Origin: Hyaloraphidium curvatum SAG 235-1
Lineage: Eukaryota; Fungi; Monoblepharomycota
Direction: 5' to 3'
DNA length: 64,000 nucleotides
Assembly: GCA_025558095.1 (NCBI GenBank)
Contig: JAIVFI010000008.1
Span: 434,001-498,000, forward strand
The notes beneath the pieces are model-generated. The model saw only the letters and a list, made by a program, of their open reading frames with translations. It was not told the DNA's origin and searched no databases. This document shows, piece by piece, positions 1-12,352 of the stretch. Position numbers and translations under genes: made by a program. Numbering within the stretch: position 1 is the stretch's first letter; every line of letters begins with the position of its first letter.

Positions 1-464
1 AGTTGATCATACTGTTCCATGGCATTAGCATCGAGGCGCCCAGGAGCAGAAACGTCACGTAGGCGAACAGCGAGAACGGCCGCACATCCGGGACGATATG
101 CTCGTCCACCGACAGTTGCAGCGAGCCCGTCCGCTCCTCCCGGGACCACTCAGGCTCAAGTCCGTCCTCAATGACGGGGTGACGCAGGGACGACACGCTC
201 GCCCGCTTCCGGGGGCTCACTGTCGCCGGCATTGTGCAGGTCCTCGGAGGTAGAAGAGTCAGACTGGTCACGGGCCACTTCGCATGTCAAGTCCGCGGCT
301 CCAGCGCCCAGGAAAGCCAGAAGTGCCCGCCTCGAGCAAAGAGCGGACGTCGTCGCAACGAATCCTTCGCTCCCTCGCGTACCGGGCTTCCCGAGGAGGT
401 GCTGGGCTGGTGCGGCGAACCGTTGCTGCTCGTTCCACGCTCCTCTCCGATCCACGATCCGACA

Positions 465-2007
465 ATGGTGACGACACGCAGCCAGGCGAGCTCTCCGGCG
501 CCCGCGACGCGGCGATCCGCGGCCGCCAACGGCACGGCGACGCCGCGCAAGGCAAACGGCGCGGCGAACGGCGAGGCGCACGCCGGCGCGAACGGTTCCG
601 CCGAGCCTAAACTGGGATCGCTCAACCCGAAGACAACCGAGTTCGAGTTCCTCGGGCCGCCCGGCGCCGCTTTCCTGCTCGTGCTGCTGCCGGCCACGGT
701 GTACGGACTCTACTTCCTGTGCGATGCTACGGGCTGCCCCAACCCCGGCGTGCTCCGCGGCGACTTTTCCTCCGTCTCGAAAGCATTCAAAGCCGCGAAT
801 CTGCTGGATCTCCAGGCCTTTGCAGCATACATCGGCTGGCTGGCATACATGGTGGCCCTGTGGTTCGTGCTGCCCGGCAAGTGGATCGAGGGCATCGAGC
901 TGCGCGACGGCTCGCGCCTCAAGTACAAGATCAACGCGTGGCCCACCTTCGTCGTCACGATGGCCCTGATTCCCGCCGTGGTCTACCTCTACGGGCTCGG
1001 CCCGCTCGTCTGGATCGCGGATCACTACGTCGGCCTGGCCACGGCCTCAGTGCTGTACAGCTTTGCGCAGGCGGCCTACCTCTACGCCTCGTCGTTCGGC
1101 GAGGGCCGCCTGCTGGCGGTCGGCGGCAACTCGGGCAACGTGTTCTACGACTACTGGATCGGGCGCGAGCTTAACCCGCGGATCGGGGACTTTGACCTCA
1201 AGGTCTTCTTCGAGCTCCGCCCGGGCCTGATCGGCTGGCTCGTCCTGGACTTTGCCTGCGCCGCCAAGCAGTACGCGACCCTCGGCTACCTGACCGACTC
1301 GATGTGGCTGGTGGTCCTGTTCCAGGGCTACTACGTCGTCGACGCGCTGTGGAACGAGGCCGCGATCCTGACCACCATGGACGTCATCATGGACGGCTTC
1401 GGTTTCATGCTCACCTTTGGCGACCTCGCCTGGGTGCCCTTCACCTACTCGCTCCAGGCCCGCTACCTGATGCTGTACCCCAAGAACCTGGGCTACCTCG
1501 CCACGGCCGCCATCGTGGGCGTGAAGCTGCTGGGCTTCGCCATGTTCCGCGGGGCCAACAACCAGAAGAACGCCTTCCGCAACGACCCCAACGACCCGGC
1601 CGTCGCACACATCAAGTACATCGAGACCGAGGCCGGGAGCCGGCTCATGACCTCGGGGTGGTGGGGCATGGCGAGGCACATCAACTACCTTGGCGACTGG
1701 CTGATGGGCTTGGCCTGGTGCCTGCCCACGGGGTTCGACACCCCGATCACTTACTTTTACGCGTGAGTGTTTCATTGATTTGTGAGGTGCCGATTTCGCC
1801 GACCGTCCGCCTGCCGCCCCGCAGTATCTACTTTGCCGTGCTTCTCCTCCACCGCGAGGGCAGGGACGAGCACAAGTGCAAGCACAAATACAAGAAGGAC
1901 TGGGACCGGTACTGCGAGGTGGGCGCGGACGGCGATGGCGGTCGCGGACCAGTCCTAACCGCCTTCTGAAGATTGTCCCGTACCGCATTATCCCGGGCGT
2001 CTACTAG
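465..2007 (+). CDS. ERG24: C-14 sterol reductase (ERG4/ERG24 family), 3 exons
   Basis: Motifs GRELNPRIG, DLKVFFELRPGLIGW, DGFGFMLTFGDLAWVPFTYSLQARYL, SGWWGMARHINYLGD; introns 1763-1824 and 1919-1971 restore IYFAVLLLHR...KYKKDWDRYCE-IVPYRIIPGVY*. Confidence 0.93.
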
Positions 2008-2063
2008 CGTTCTTGGATATAGTGTAAGGCCGAAAGGCAGGAACGGAAGTTGTATCGTGCCGC

Positions 2064-3968
2064 TCAGCCAGACCCGACCTCGTAGTCCTCCCACCCCTTC
2101 TCCTGCAGCAGCTCCACCTTGCTCATCACGTCCGCCTCCATCCGCTTAGTGTAGTCCTGCAGCTTGCGCAGGTACCTCGGGATGAAGGCGCCGAGCATGC
2201 GGATGGCGAGGAGCGCGGCGTTGGTCGAGTTGTTGATGGCGACGGTGGCGACCGGGACGCCTCGCTGCAACGTTTGCGTCAGCGCGGGAGATGGGCAAGC
2301 GATCGCGAGCAACCAACCGGCATCTGCACGATGCTGTGCAGCGAGTCGACACCGTCCAGCACCTTGAGCGCCACCGGCACGCCGATCACGGGCAGCGGCG
2401 TCATGCTGGCCACCATCCCCGGCAGATGGGCCGCGCCTCCCGCGGCGGCGATGATCACCTTGAGCCCGCGCAGGTGCGCCGACCTCGCGTAGTCCATCAT
2501 GCGCGCCGGGGTGCGGTGCGCCGAGACGATGGTGACCTCGAAGGGGACGCCGAAATCGGTGAGGATGGAGCAGGCGGGCTTGAGCGTCGGGAGGTCTGAG
2601 TCGGAGCCCATGATGATGCCCACGAGCGGGGAGAGGGAGTAGGCCTGGCCCGCGGGGGTGACGGAGCCCGGGTGGGCGCCGCCCTGGCCGACGGCGTCGA
2701 GCGCCTCGAGCTCGGCAAACACCTCGGCCATCGAGTCGGCGCACACGGTGATGTGGCCCATCTTGCGGCCCCGGCGGCATTCCCGCTTGCCGTAGAGGTG
2801 CACCGACGCGCCGGGCATGGGCAGCGCCGCGCCCACGCTCCGGAACAGGTCCGCCATGCCCTCCTCGCCGTTGGCGCGGCCGAGGAGGTTGATCATGCCC
2901 GAGGCCTGGACGCGCAGGGCGGTCGAGCCGAGCGGGAGGCCGAGGATGGCGCGGAGGTGGTTCTCGAACTGCGAGGTGTGGCAGGCCTCGATCGTGTAGT
3001 GCCCGGAGTTGTGCGGCCGCGGCGCAATCTCGTTGACCAGGATGTCGCCTGAAGGACGGTGGGGATGAGCTGGGAGTCGGGAAACAAGCATGAAGACGCC
3101 TACCGTTCTCTAGGAGAAACATCTCGACCCCGTACACGCCCGCACCCTCGGGCAGGCACTGCACCGCGCGCTCGGCGACCTTGCGCGCGCGCCGCTGGAC
3201 CAGGCCGTCCACCTGGGCGGGGGCAAACACGGTGTGGCAGATCGAGTCGCGGTGTACGGTCTCGACGCAGGGGTACGACAGCAGGTGGTTGTCCGGCGTG
3301 CGCACCACCATGACGGCCAGCTCCTTGGTGAAGGGCACCCACTTCTCGACGTACAGCGGCTGCGGCGCGGCCGGGGAGAGCGCCTTGAGCGCGGCGTCGA
3401 TGTCCTTTTCCGAGCGCACCACGGCGTTGCCCCGCCCGTCGTACGCGTTGAGCTTCGTCTTGAGCATCATGGGGAAGCCGAAGGCCTCCCTGATGGCCAC
3501 GTCCGACACCTCCTCGTGGGAGTTTAGCAGCAGCTCGCGCGTCTCGGTGACGGGCACGTCCGCGGCGGCCAGATGCTGCTTCTGGCGGAACTTGTCCTGG
3601 ATGATTGCCACGCAGGCGGGCGACGGGTGCACGCGCAGGCCCGGGTGTGCGTCCCGCGCGCGCTCCAGCGCGGCCACGTCGACGTGCTCGATCTCGACGG
3701 TGAGCACGTCGCAGCGCGCGGCCAGCTCTGCGACCTTCGCGGGGTCCGCGAACGAGCCGTCGACGTGCAGGGCGCCGAGGTGCGACGTCTGCTTTGCGGG
3801 CGTGTCTGCGCCGACGTCGAGGAACAGCAGCCGCACGCCGAGGCGGTGCGCGGGGTCGGCCATCATGCGGCCGAGCTGCCCGCCGCCGAGCACGCCGACT
3901 GTCGGGTGCCGCGCGTGCGCCGCAGGCTGCCCCGCGGGCGGCTGCCCCTCGGCCGCCGGCGAGCTCAT
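2064..3968 (-). CDS. ADE2: Phosphoribosylaminoimidazole carboxylase (PurK-PurE fusion)
   Basis: [80 protein letters not shown]; intron 3049-3103 and a second near 2.27-2.32 kb explain the frame changes. Confidence 0.96.
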   Translation of the reverse strand: MSSPAAEGQPPAGQPAAHARHPTVGVLGGGQLGRMMADPAHRLGVRLLFLDVGADTPAKQTSHLGALHVDGSFADPAKVAELAARCDVLTVEIEHVDVAALERARDAHPGLRVHPSPACVAIIQDKFRQKQHLAAADVPVTETRELLLNSHEEVSDVAIREAFGFPMMLKTKLNAYDGRGNAVVRSEKDIDAALKALSPAAPQPLYVEKWVPFTKELAVMVVRTPDNHLLSYPCVETVHRDSICHTVFAPAQVDGLVQRRARKVAERAVQCLPEGAGVYGVEMFLLENGRRLHACFPTPSSSPPSFRRHPGQRDCAAAAQLRALHDRGLPHLAVREPPPRHPRPPARLDRPARPGLGHDQPPRPRQRRGGHGGPVPERGRGAAHARRVGAPLRQAGMPPGPQDGPHHRVRRLDGRGVCRARGARRRRPGRRPPGLRHPRGPGLLPLPARGHHHGLRLRPPDAQARLLHPHRFRRPLRGHHRLGAPHPGAHDGLREVGAPARAQGDHRRRGRRGPSAGDGGQHDAAARDRRAGGAQGAGRCRLAAQHRADAGWLLAIACPSPALTQTLQRGVPVATVAINNSTNAALLAIRMLGAFIPRYLRKLQDYTKRMEADVMSKVELLQEKGWEDYEVGSG

Positions 3969-4025
3969 CGCGAGTCTCGCCGTTGTTGTTGTTGAATTGA
4001 TTGGGGCCGCCGTCACTTGAATTGA

Positions 4026-5247
4026 ATGCCGTTCAGAGCCCTCGCCAGGCTCGCCCGCACACCTCCGTCGCGCATGCTGTCCGCCATGCCGCGCGGAAAA
4101 AAGGCCGCTGCCGCTGCAGACGCGTCGCCGGGGTCGGTGGACGCGTCGGCGGAACCCCCGGCACCGAAGCGCAAGCGGGCCGCCAAGCAGCCCGCGGACA
4201 GCGAGGGCAGCGACGACGCCACTGCCAAGGCCGCAAAGCCCGCAAAGGGCAAAAAGGCAAAGGCACCCCCCGCTACCGAGGCGGGCGACGGCTTCCCGCG
4301 CAACACGACCATGCCCGACACCTACTCGCTCAACGCGCCCCCGCCGACCTCGATCAAGATCGTGAGCTGGAACGTCTCGTCGCTCAAGGCGGCAGCAAAG
4401 AAGGGCCTGCCCGCCTACGTCGCCGCCGAGAACGCAGATCTCCTGCTGCTGCAAGAGACAAAGCTGCAGGATGCGGCGGGCCTCGACGTGCTCTCGCGCA
4501 AGGACTACCCGCACCAGTTCTGGCTCGCGAGCGAGGACAAGAAGGGCTACTCGGGCAGCGCTGTGCTGTCCAAGATCGAGCCGATCTCGCACCGCTACGG
4601 TATCGGTGTCGCGGAGCACGACAAGGAAGGACGGACCATCACGCTCGAGCTGCCAAAGTTCTTCCTCGTGGCGTGCTACATTCCGAATGCGGGGCAGAAG
4701 CTCGAACGGCTGGCGTACAAGGGCGAATACATGACGGCGATGGAGACGTACCTGAAGGGCCTGGCTGCCAAGAAGCCCATCATCTGGGCCGGCGATCTGA
4801 ACGTCGCACACCAGGAGGTGGACCTAGCCCGGCCAAAGGAGAACAGGAACAAGTGGGCTCATTCGCATCCGCCCGCAATACATAACTGACGCAGCTGTGT
4901 TCTACTAACAAGATCCGCCGGCTTCACCGATCAGGAGCGCGGCGACTTTTCCCGTATCCTCGATACCCTCGGCCTCGTTGACACGTACCGGCACTTCCAT
5001 CCCGACACCCGTGACTTCAGCTACTACAGCTATCGGTGGGCTTGCTCTTTGCTCTCCCGTGCGACCTGCGGCCGATGCCCCGAACGCCAGCTTCCAATGC
5101 AGGTCCAAGCACCTCGGCTGGCGGCTCGACTACTTCGTCGCGTCCAAGAGCCTCGTCGACGAGGGCAAGATATCCGAATCCGGGATCCGCTCCGAGGTGT
5201 ACGGGGCGAGCGACCACGTGCCCGTGTACCTCTTTGTCGAAAAGTGA
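4026..5247 (+). CDS. AP endonuclease, APE1/ExoIII (Xth) family
   Basis: KIVSWNV, LLLQETK, GYSGSA, EGRTIT, YIPNAG, GDLNVAH, GWRLDYF, SDHVPV; two short introns (~4.85-4.91 kb, ~5.04-5.10 kb); no C-terminal zf-GRF as in Apn2. Confidence 0.92.
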
Positions 5248-5269
5248 AAAGCGCTTTGGTTCGATGAGA

Positions 5270-6043
5270 TCACTCGACGCCCTCGATGGCGTCCTCATGC
5301 TCGTCCTCGTGGCTTTCCAGCTGCTCCAGCGATCCCATCTCGACGTCCGCGGCCGCAGGCGGTGCATGCCCTTTCGGCGCAGGAAGGGGATCCGTGGGCA
5401 GCGCGCCGACGACGAGCACCTCAAAGTCTGCGTAGATGTCGTGCAGTTCACGCCCGTCGAACCCGATCGAGCAGCCGTCCTGGGCGACCTCGCCCATCTC
5501 CTTCTCCGAGTAGATGAAGCCGATGTGCTTGGAATTGCCGACCACCCTACGACCGCAGAAGACCCTCTCCCCGCCCGCGAGCTTGCAGCCCCCGCAAAAC
5601 ACCCCCGCGAGGTTCTTGAGCGGACCGGCGGGCACCTTGACCCATCGGAGGCGTTTCTGCACATCCGGATGCGCCGTCAAGACCTCATACTGGAACAGCA
5701 TGTGCTCCCTGTTGTGCCAGCCGAACGCGGCGCCCGCGAGCATCGACCCGGCCTTGCCAAAGATCACGTTCCCGTCCACGCGGCCCCTGGCGACGAAAAG
5801 GCTCCGCCCCTTGTCGTCCCAGCCCCCGCGCACGGCCGTCGGATGGCGATCGGGGAACGTGCCGCGGTACGGCTCCCATTTGATGCCGAGTGAGATGAGG
5901 TCCGACTCTTCGACGGGCACCTTGAAAGGAGTCGATGGCCAGTGGACTTTCGGCGCCGCGGGTTTGGCCGGCTCGTCGCTGAAGTCAAAAAGGTCGTGCT
6001 TCACGCGAGCGGCAACAGCATCTGCGGTCTGCTTCAGCGACAT
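5270..6043 (-). CDS. DM9-repeat (DUF3421)-like protein
   Basis: Two repeats: AVRGGWDDKGRSLFVARGRVDGNVIFGKA...QYEVL and VFCGGCKLAGGERVFCGRR...HIGFI...DFEVL match the DM9 pattern. Confidence 0.7.
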   Translation of the reverse strand: MSLKQTADAVAARVKHDLFDFSDEPAKPAAPKVHWPSTPFKVPVEESDLISLGIKWEPYRGTFPDRHPTAVRGGWDDKGRSLFVARGRVDGNVIFGKAGSMLAGAAFGWHNREHMLFQYEVLTAHPDVQKRLRWVKVPAGPLKNLAGVFCGGCKLAGGERVFCGRRVVGNSKHIGFIYSEKEMGEVAQDGCSIGFDGRELHDIYADFEVLVVGALPTDPLPAPKGHAPPAAADVEMGSLEQLESHEDEHEDAIEGVE

Positions 6044-6135
6044 CGTATTGGACGAGGTCCCTGATCGAGAGGCAAACTGATCGGTGCGAAGAATCTGCGG
6101 GGCCAAACTACGAACAGCTTTCCCGAGACATCGAC

Positions 6136-7152
6136 ATGGGAAAGAACAAGCACAAGACCAAAGGGCCTCGTGGCCCCGCGCCGCCGGGAAACTCGTTCAG
6201 CGAGGGGGCCGGGTCTCGCCAAAAGACCCCCGGCAACTTCTCGACGGCGGAGCTGCTCGCTTTGACCTACGGCAACAGGCCGGCAGCGCCCCAGACGTCG
6301 GGACTGCTGGCCGATTACGTCGGAGACACCCTTCTGCTCGTGGGCGAGGGCGACTTCTCCTTTGCCGCGGCGGTCCTCCAGGCGTTCTCCTCTCCGACGT
6401 TCCGGCCCCCTGGTCGGGCTGCCCCGCGGCTCATTGCCACCACGCTGGACTCTCTGGCCGAGGCGACCGCCAAGTACGGCGGTGGAGTGACAAAGAGGGT
6501 CTCTGCGCTTCAGAAGGCCGGGCATGTCGTGATTTGCGAATGCGATGCCACGGAGCTTTCCTCGCGGCCTGAGCTGGAGGCGGTCTCGGGGTCGATGGCA
6601 ATCGTCTTCAATTTCCCCCACGTGTCGGGCGCGAGCTCCCAGACGGAAGATATCCGGCACAACAGGGAGCTCCTCCGCGCATTCTTCCGCGAAGCCCGAG
6701 CCCTCCTCGGGAAGGACGGCCGCGAGACGGGGAGGGTGGTGGTCGCCCTTCGGAACACGCCCTTCTACGAAAGCTGGGACCTCGTCGGCCTCGCGAACCG
6801 TGCGAAGCTGGTGCTCGCCAAGCCCCGCGAACAATTCCAGGGCGACTCGTGGCTGACCCTGGGCTATTCTCCTGTGCGGACAAATCCGGCGGTGCGTGAG
6901 GCACCGTCGCTCCAAGACGCCCACAACTACGTCTTCCGGCTGGCGCGCGAGGGCGAGCTCCCGGAGTCCGAAGACAGCGCTGAGAGTGAGGATTCAGAAG
7001 ATGACGCGGCACCGCCGGTTGGGACGAAAGAGCCAATGAAGAAGGGAAAGGGACCGAAAGCCCCTAATTTGGGCATTCGTTCGAAGCCTTCGTGGAAAAA
7101 GGCGGAGAAACGACGCAAAGGCTCATCGCCGCGAACAAAGGGGCGATCTTAG
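6136..7152 (+). CDS. 25S rRNA (uridine-N3)-methyltransferase BMT5-like (DUF2431) protein
   Basis: LLLVGEGDFSFA, LIATTLDS, CDATEL, IVFNFPHV, NRELLRAFF; basic termini. Confidence 0.85.
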   Translation: MGKNKHKTKGPRGPAPPGNSFSEGAGSRQKTPGNFSTAELLALTYGNRPAAPQTSGLLADYVGDTLLLVGEGDFSFAAAVLQAFSSPTFRPPGRAAPRLIATTLDSLAEATAKYGGGVTKRVSALQKAGHVVICECDATELSSRPELEAVSGSMAIVFNFPHVSGASSQTEDIRHNRELLRAFFREARALLGKDGRETGRVVVALRNTPFYESWDLVGLANRAKLVLAKPREQFQGDSWLTLGYSPVRTNPAVREAPSLQDAHNYVFRLAREGELPESEDSAESEDSEDDAAPPVGTKEPMKKGKGPKAPNLGIRSKPSWKKAEKRRKGSSPRTKGRS

Positions 7153-7295
7153 AGCAATTAGGTACTGTAGTATCCAAGAGACTGTACAGGGCGCCTTTTC
7201 GCGGTGCTACATTCCCGTCGAGTGAGAGAGAGTCTGTGAAAGAGAGAGATATCGTTTGGAACCGTGCTTCGAGCATGCGTCCGAGCAACTTTCAA

Positions 7296-10200
7296 CTAGG
7301 TCGCCTTGGCGACTCGCGGCGGCTTGCTCGCTTTCGGTTTCTGCAACAGCAAGTCAGACGGACGGGAACGCGCCCCAAAACATTGAAGTCTCACCGTCGG
7401 TGATAGAGGCTTCACGCCGTCCGTCGGTTCCACCGGCGAACGAGGCGCCTTTGCCCGAGCCTGATTAACGGCTTGTTGCGTGAACACATTAAGCCAGGTG
7501 AAAGCCTCTTGCGACCGCTCGTCCTTCTCGCCGAATTTGGCGGTAAAGATGCGGTAGGCGATCTTCTGCTCCGTCATCGCTTTCTTGAAATCATTGAGGA
7601 GGAGATAGTTGATGGCCAGGTTGTGGTGAGCGTGGGCGGTGAAGGGGTGGTCCGCGCCGAAGCAGATCTCGCTCATCCGGCGAGCACGTTCAAGGAAGGT
7701 GTTGGCTAATTGCAGGTCCTTGATGGCCTGGTGTTGAAGCGCAGAGCCGATCTTGCTCTGAGAAGCGGAAGAGGATCAGTTGAAGATCACGCGCGGAGAA
7801 ACCGAGGCCGATCTCACGTAAAGGGAATAGAGCTCGGGGTGAGGCTGAGAGCAAACCAGCATCTCCATCAGTTCCACCGCGTGCCGCAGATAATTGAGGC
7901 CCGACATGTGATCCCCGATCTCCAAGAAGCGGCCGCCGAGTTGGACATATGCGCTGACGGTCTCGTGGTTCTCCAATCCCAGCGTGCGCTCGAAAATGGT
8001 GGCCACCTTGAGCTGATTCTGCGCCGAAAGCTCCTGCTCGGCCTTCTCATTCGACTGAGACTGCAACGCAGACAGCAGGGCAAAAGGCCGTGCAATGTCC
8101 GGGTGCACCGTGCCATACGTCTGCTCGTACGCAGATGCCGCCTCCTGGAGTAGTTCCAGGGAGTACTTGTACTGCCCCTGCCCGACCGCCATCTTCGCCG
8201 CCTCGAACAAGTCCTCGGCAAACGTCGCCTTTGCAGGGGGCGATTTTGCCACGGGGTACATGTTCAGGATGTCCTCCGCCGCAAAGATCTGCCCACTGGA
8301 AACGTTCCAATCGTACTCGCGGGCGGCGATCTGCAGTCCAAGACGTTTGCAGATCGAACGGAGGACGGGCAGGCGCCTTGTGAGAACAAAGTCCGATTCG
8401 AGCTGGTGCCGGAAGCGGGCCCTGATCTCGGACCGGATGTCCGCCCAAAGGCCAGCAACACTGTACTTGCAGTATGCCGAATTGCTCTTGATCGACGGGC
8501 GCAGGTAAACCTAGAGGGAGACATCAGAACGGAGCTAACAGTGTGCAAAGGATAGAATCTTCACCTCTGGAGCGGCCGGCACCTGCGGGTGCACGTCGGC
8601 AGGTCCAAACAGACAGTTGAGGAGGTGCGCAATGCACTGGACGGCCTGGAGGGGAGACGAAGATCCCATGGCCCTGAAAACCACGCGCTTGAAGGCGCGA
8701 ATGACCATCTCGTGGAGCAGGAGCTCCTCGAGGTACTTGGTCTGATCGTTGCCTCCGAGCTCCCGGAGCAAGTGCAGCACGGTTCCCAAGAAGCGCATGT
8801 TGATTCCCCGGGTGTGCATGGTGTTCCGCAGCTGTTCTTCGTCCAGGAGGGCCGAGTTCAAGCTCGTGCTGGGGTTGACGGCTTCCTGGCACTAAAGCGA
8901 ACGATTGGCATCGTCAGTGATGGCAACGTGCCGAGACTGGTCAAGACCCACAAACTCCGGGATAATCTGGTTGTGCAGGAAGCTGGAAAGCTCCCGCAGC
9001 TTCTCCTCCGCTTCGCCCCTTTCCTCCTCATCACGGCCCGACACGTGCTGAGGGTTGAAGGCGTCGGGGTCGAAGTTGACCTCGAATGAGGCGAGGAACT
9101 CCTCGTCCTCTTCGCCCCCAATGTCGATGACGTTCTCGTCCTCCGTGATCTGCTTGTTCTCCTTGGTGCCGTTGGCCTTGGGTTCGCCGTTTGCTTCGCC
9201 AGCCTTCTCGCGCTTGGGCACTACGGTAAGGAGACCGAAGCAAGGCAAGCCAGGAGACCGTTACCTCCTTCCGCCTCTCAGCCAGCTGCTTCCGTGCTTG
9301 GTTGAAGTAGTACTGCTCAGTCACCTCGTGGCGGATCAAGCACAGCTTGTGGGGGTAGGGGTTCGTGGATTCCTCCTTCTCCACGGCTTCGAGGAAAAGA
9401 ACGTCCACGGGCTGGAGGCGATAAAGGTCCAGGATATAATTCCTGGAGTCGGAGCCGCGAATACCCTGGAGAAGGGTCTGAGAATCGGCCACGTAACTCT
9501 CGAAGCCTCCCAGCTCACCTTCGTCTCGACAGACGTCCTGAAGTCGTGCTCCTTCCCTTCCGCGTCCACGACGACGTGTTTGGCGAGATGCAGCCTCCTC
9601 CCCACTTCATCAAACAAGGACGCCATCTGCTCGTCCGTCACGACCCTCTTCTCCTCGTCAATGTACCCGTGGACCACGGGTGGCACCTTTTCTTTGGTCA
9701 GGAAGCCCGGGATCAACGTCTGTGCGACGAATCGGCGGCCCTTGTACTCGACGACGGCGGTGCCCATCGTGAAGAGGTCCTTGACGTCGAGGTCGTTGAT
9801 CACCTTGGTGCCCTGTACCTCCTTGGACATGATCACGTGCCACGCCTCGGCGCCACCGATCTTGTCGAACGTGTCCTTGTTGTCGGGCCCCTGCGAGAAG
9901 ATCATGCTGTTGTGCACGGTCACGCGCCGGTCCTCGGGCATGCTGGGGTCGAGGGGGAGGATGTTGCCTTCGACGATGTTGACAACCCTGGTCGATAGGA
10001 GGAACGGATCAATCGATCGCGGCAAACACAACGGATCCGGAAACGCACGATTTGGCAGCAGCTTCGGTAAAGTCCGTCATAACCCTGTGGAACTGGCCGT
10101 CGCGACCCATCCGGTCCTGCGCCGTGGCTTTCGGCAACTCCCGAGAGGCCTGGAGCTCCTCGTGGTAGTCCCGCATGACGTTGTTCTCCGTGTTCTCAAG

Positions 10201-11616
10201 TCCTTGGATGTAGAGATCCAGCAGCCGGCCCGTGTCCTCGCTCGGTGCCGCAGCGGGCAGCGCAAACGCGATCGCCTCGGGGTGCACGGGGTGCGATTCG
10301 AGCAGGGGCCTCTGCGCGCACTCCCCGATTTGCTGCGCAAAGTTGGCCTTGAATATCGGGCTCAGCTTGGAGAGCAGGCCGGGCAGGGTGTGGTGGTAGG
10401 CGCCCGATGGCGCCTTGCGGGGGTCGAACGACTCGTCGGTGCTCTTGTTGACGTGGAAGCCAGAGACCGACGCGGTGATGTGGTACACCTTTCCCTCGTA
10501 CGTCTTGGCAAGGAGGTAGAGGAAGTCGCCTGGAAGACACGACGGTCGTCAGAAATGCCAAACACGGCGATCAACTTGACGTGATCCCGACCTGCCAACT
10601 TTCGCTGCCGGGTCGGCGGGTTCCACGGCGAGAGCTTGATGTACTCCAGGCACTCCACGTTCGGCTTTCCGACCGAGCTGGGGATGTACGTGGACAAGTT
10701 GAAGGGCACGTCGACGTCGTAGGAGGTGAAGGCGTGGCGCTCGACGCCGTCACTTCCCGTGGGCGAGCCGCGCCTCCCAGGGCTCCGCTTCGGCGACGCA
10801 CGCGGCGACGACGGGCTATCCGGCGGCCGGTACATCAGGCCGCGGCCCACGTGGGAGATGATCGAGATTCCGGGCTGCAGCACCTGGCTGAGGGGCAGGC
10901 TGCGGGAACCCTCCAGGATCTCGCGGAACCGGACCAGGTGGAAGTGGATTCCGTGTTCGCTGTAAAGTTCTGGAGCGACGTGAGGCATGGCTCGGACGGA
11001 CTACTCGGTGAGGCAACCCACCTTCCTTCATCACCAGGGTCGAGCCGTTCTCGAGCCCCTCGATCTGGGTCAGTTCCAGGCTATCCGCGAGGTCCACGCC
11101 GTCCAAAGTTAGCGAGAAGCTGGTGCAGAGGCGGCTGGCGAGCTCCTCCGTGAACAGTTCGCGCAGGGCGGCGACGGTGGCCTTGGCGTTGACCTGTCAC
11201 GCGCGACGAGGAATCAGACCCGCTGTCGGCCGCCTGAGCGCCGAATCGGCGAGAATCCCAGCTCACCGTGACCTCGTAAACCTCGCCGTCGGGTGGCCGG
11301 ACCTTCAGGGTGAGAGGCGGCACTGTGCGCCGGGGAGGAGGATCAGGCATCGGCGCCACATCGGCCCCGCGGGGTGGGCCGTTGCTCGGGGCATGCCGTG
11401 CTCACCATCCGGCTCCTCGGCCTGCATGGCGTCGGCGCCCGCGCCATCGCTCCCGGCCGCGTCGGGGTCTTCGGGCGCCACGTCCCCCGCGGCAGCCGCG
11501 GGAGCGTCATGGCCCGCGCGCGTCCGCGACTTGGCGGTGCCGTGCGCGGCCGCGCCGTTGATGGGAGACGACGCGTCCGGCCCCGACGACGGCGATTGCG
11601 CCGTCTCGACCGCCAT
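7296..11616 (-). CDS. CLU1: Clustered mitochondria protein (CLU1/TIF31), multi-exon
   Basis: LSPWNPPTRQRKLAG, YHITASVSGFHVNKST, RDYHEELQASRELP, GTAVVEYKGRRFVAQTLIPG, GIRGSDSRNYILDLYR, MHTRGINMRFLG, C-terminal TPR helices. Confidence 0.92.
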
Positions 11617-12352
11617 CGGCGCGTCACGGAGGGGAGCTTTGTGGAGAACAACAAATGGCCTCTGCTGACTTGGCGTCTGGTGTATTTCCGCTCCGGCCGG
11701 TTCCGGTCCCCCGAAACCCCAGCGGACTGTATCAATTCATCTCCATCAGATTATTCGGTCAATTGTCGGAAACAGCCCCATTGGTTGCTGATGGTGAGGG
11801 CCAAGCTTGAGGCTCCCTGCCAGTTGATCACTGATGAAAAGCGGGGGACTTCAAAGGGCGGCGGATGGAATCAGAAGTAGATGCTGTGGTGCTTCCCGTT
11901 TGCTATCCGACCTCTGATTTGTGGTGATGCAGAGTGCAGTGCTGCCGCTGGGGTGAGTCGGATCGAGCCTTTTGCCGCTGCGATCAAGCTGGCTGGCGGC
12001 AAGTGGTGCATTTCAAATCGGAGCCCAGCGCGGCCGAACCGCTAGCCACCCATCTCCCGGGCCTTCGGAACCCTCGGCAGACGCTGCGACCTTTCCGGCG
12101 TCCCTGCCAGTGAGGCCCGCGGCCGCGCGACCCCTCTCCCCGCGCGCCTGGGCTTGCCGCAGCCCGCCGATCCGCGGTCGGAGTCTCGCCACACCCCGCG
12201 GAGCACCGGCCCCGCACCGCTCTCCCTGCTCAAACGGCGCCGTCGCCGGTTCCGCACCGAGCGGCGTGCGCGCGCCAGTTGCGAGCCCCGTCTATCGGTG
12301 CACCGCCGCACCGTCTCCCTTCGGCTCCGTCTGGACATCTCCATCGCCGGCC

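Noticed and set aside
2064-4811. 915-aa ORF suggesting an extended or frameshifted ADE2
   Set aside because: The N-terminal part is antisense to the AP endonuclease, and the frame changes are ordinary introns
9055-10584. Long plus-strand ORFs here and many similar ORFs of 200-500 aa elsewhere
   Set aside because: Antisense shadows of GC3-rich genes with no recognisable motifs
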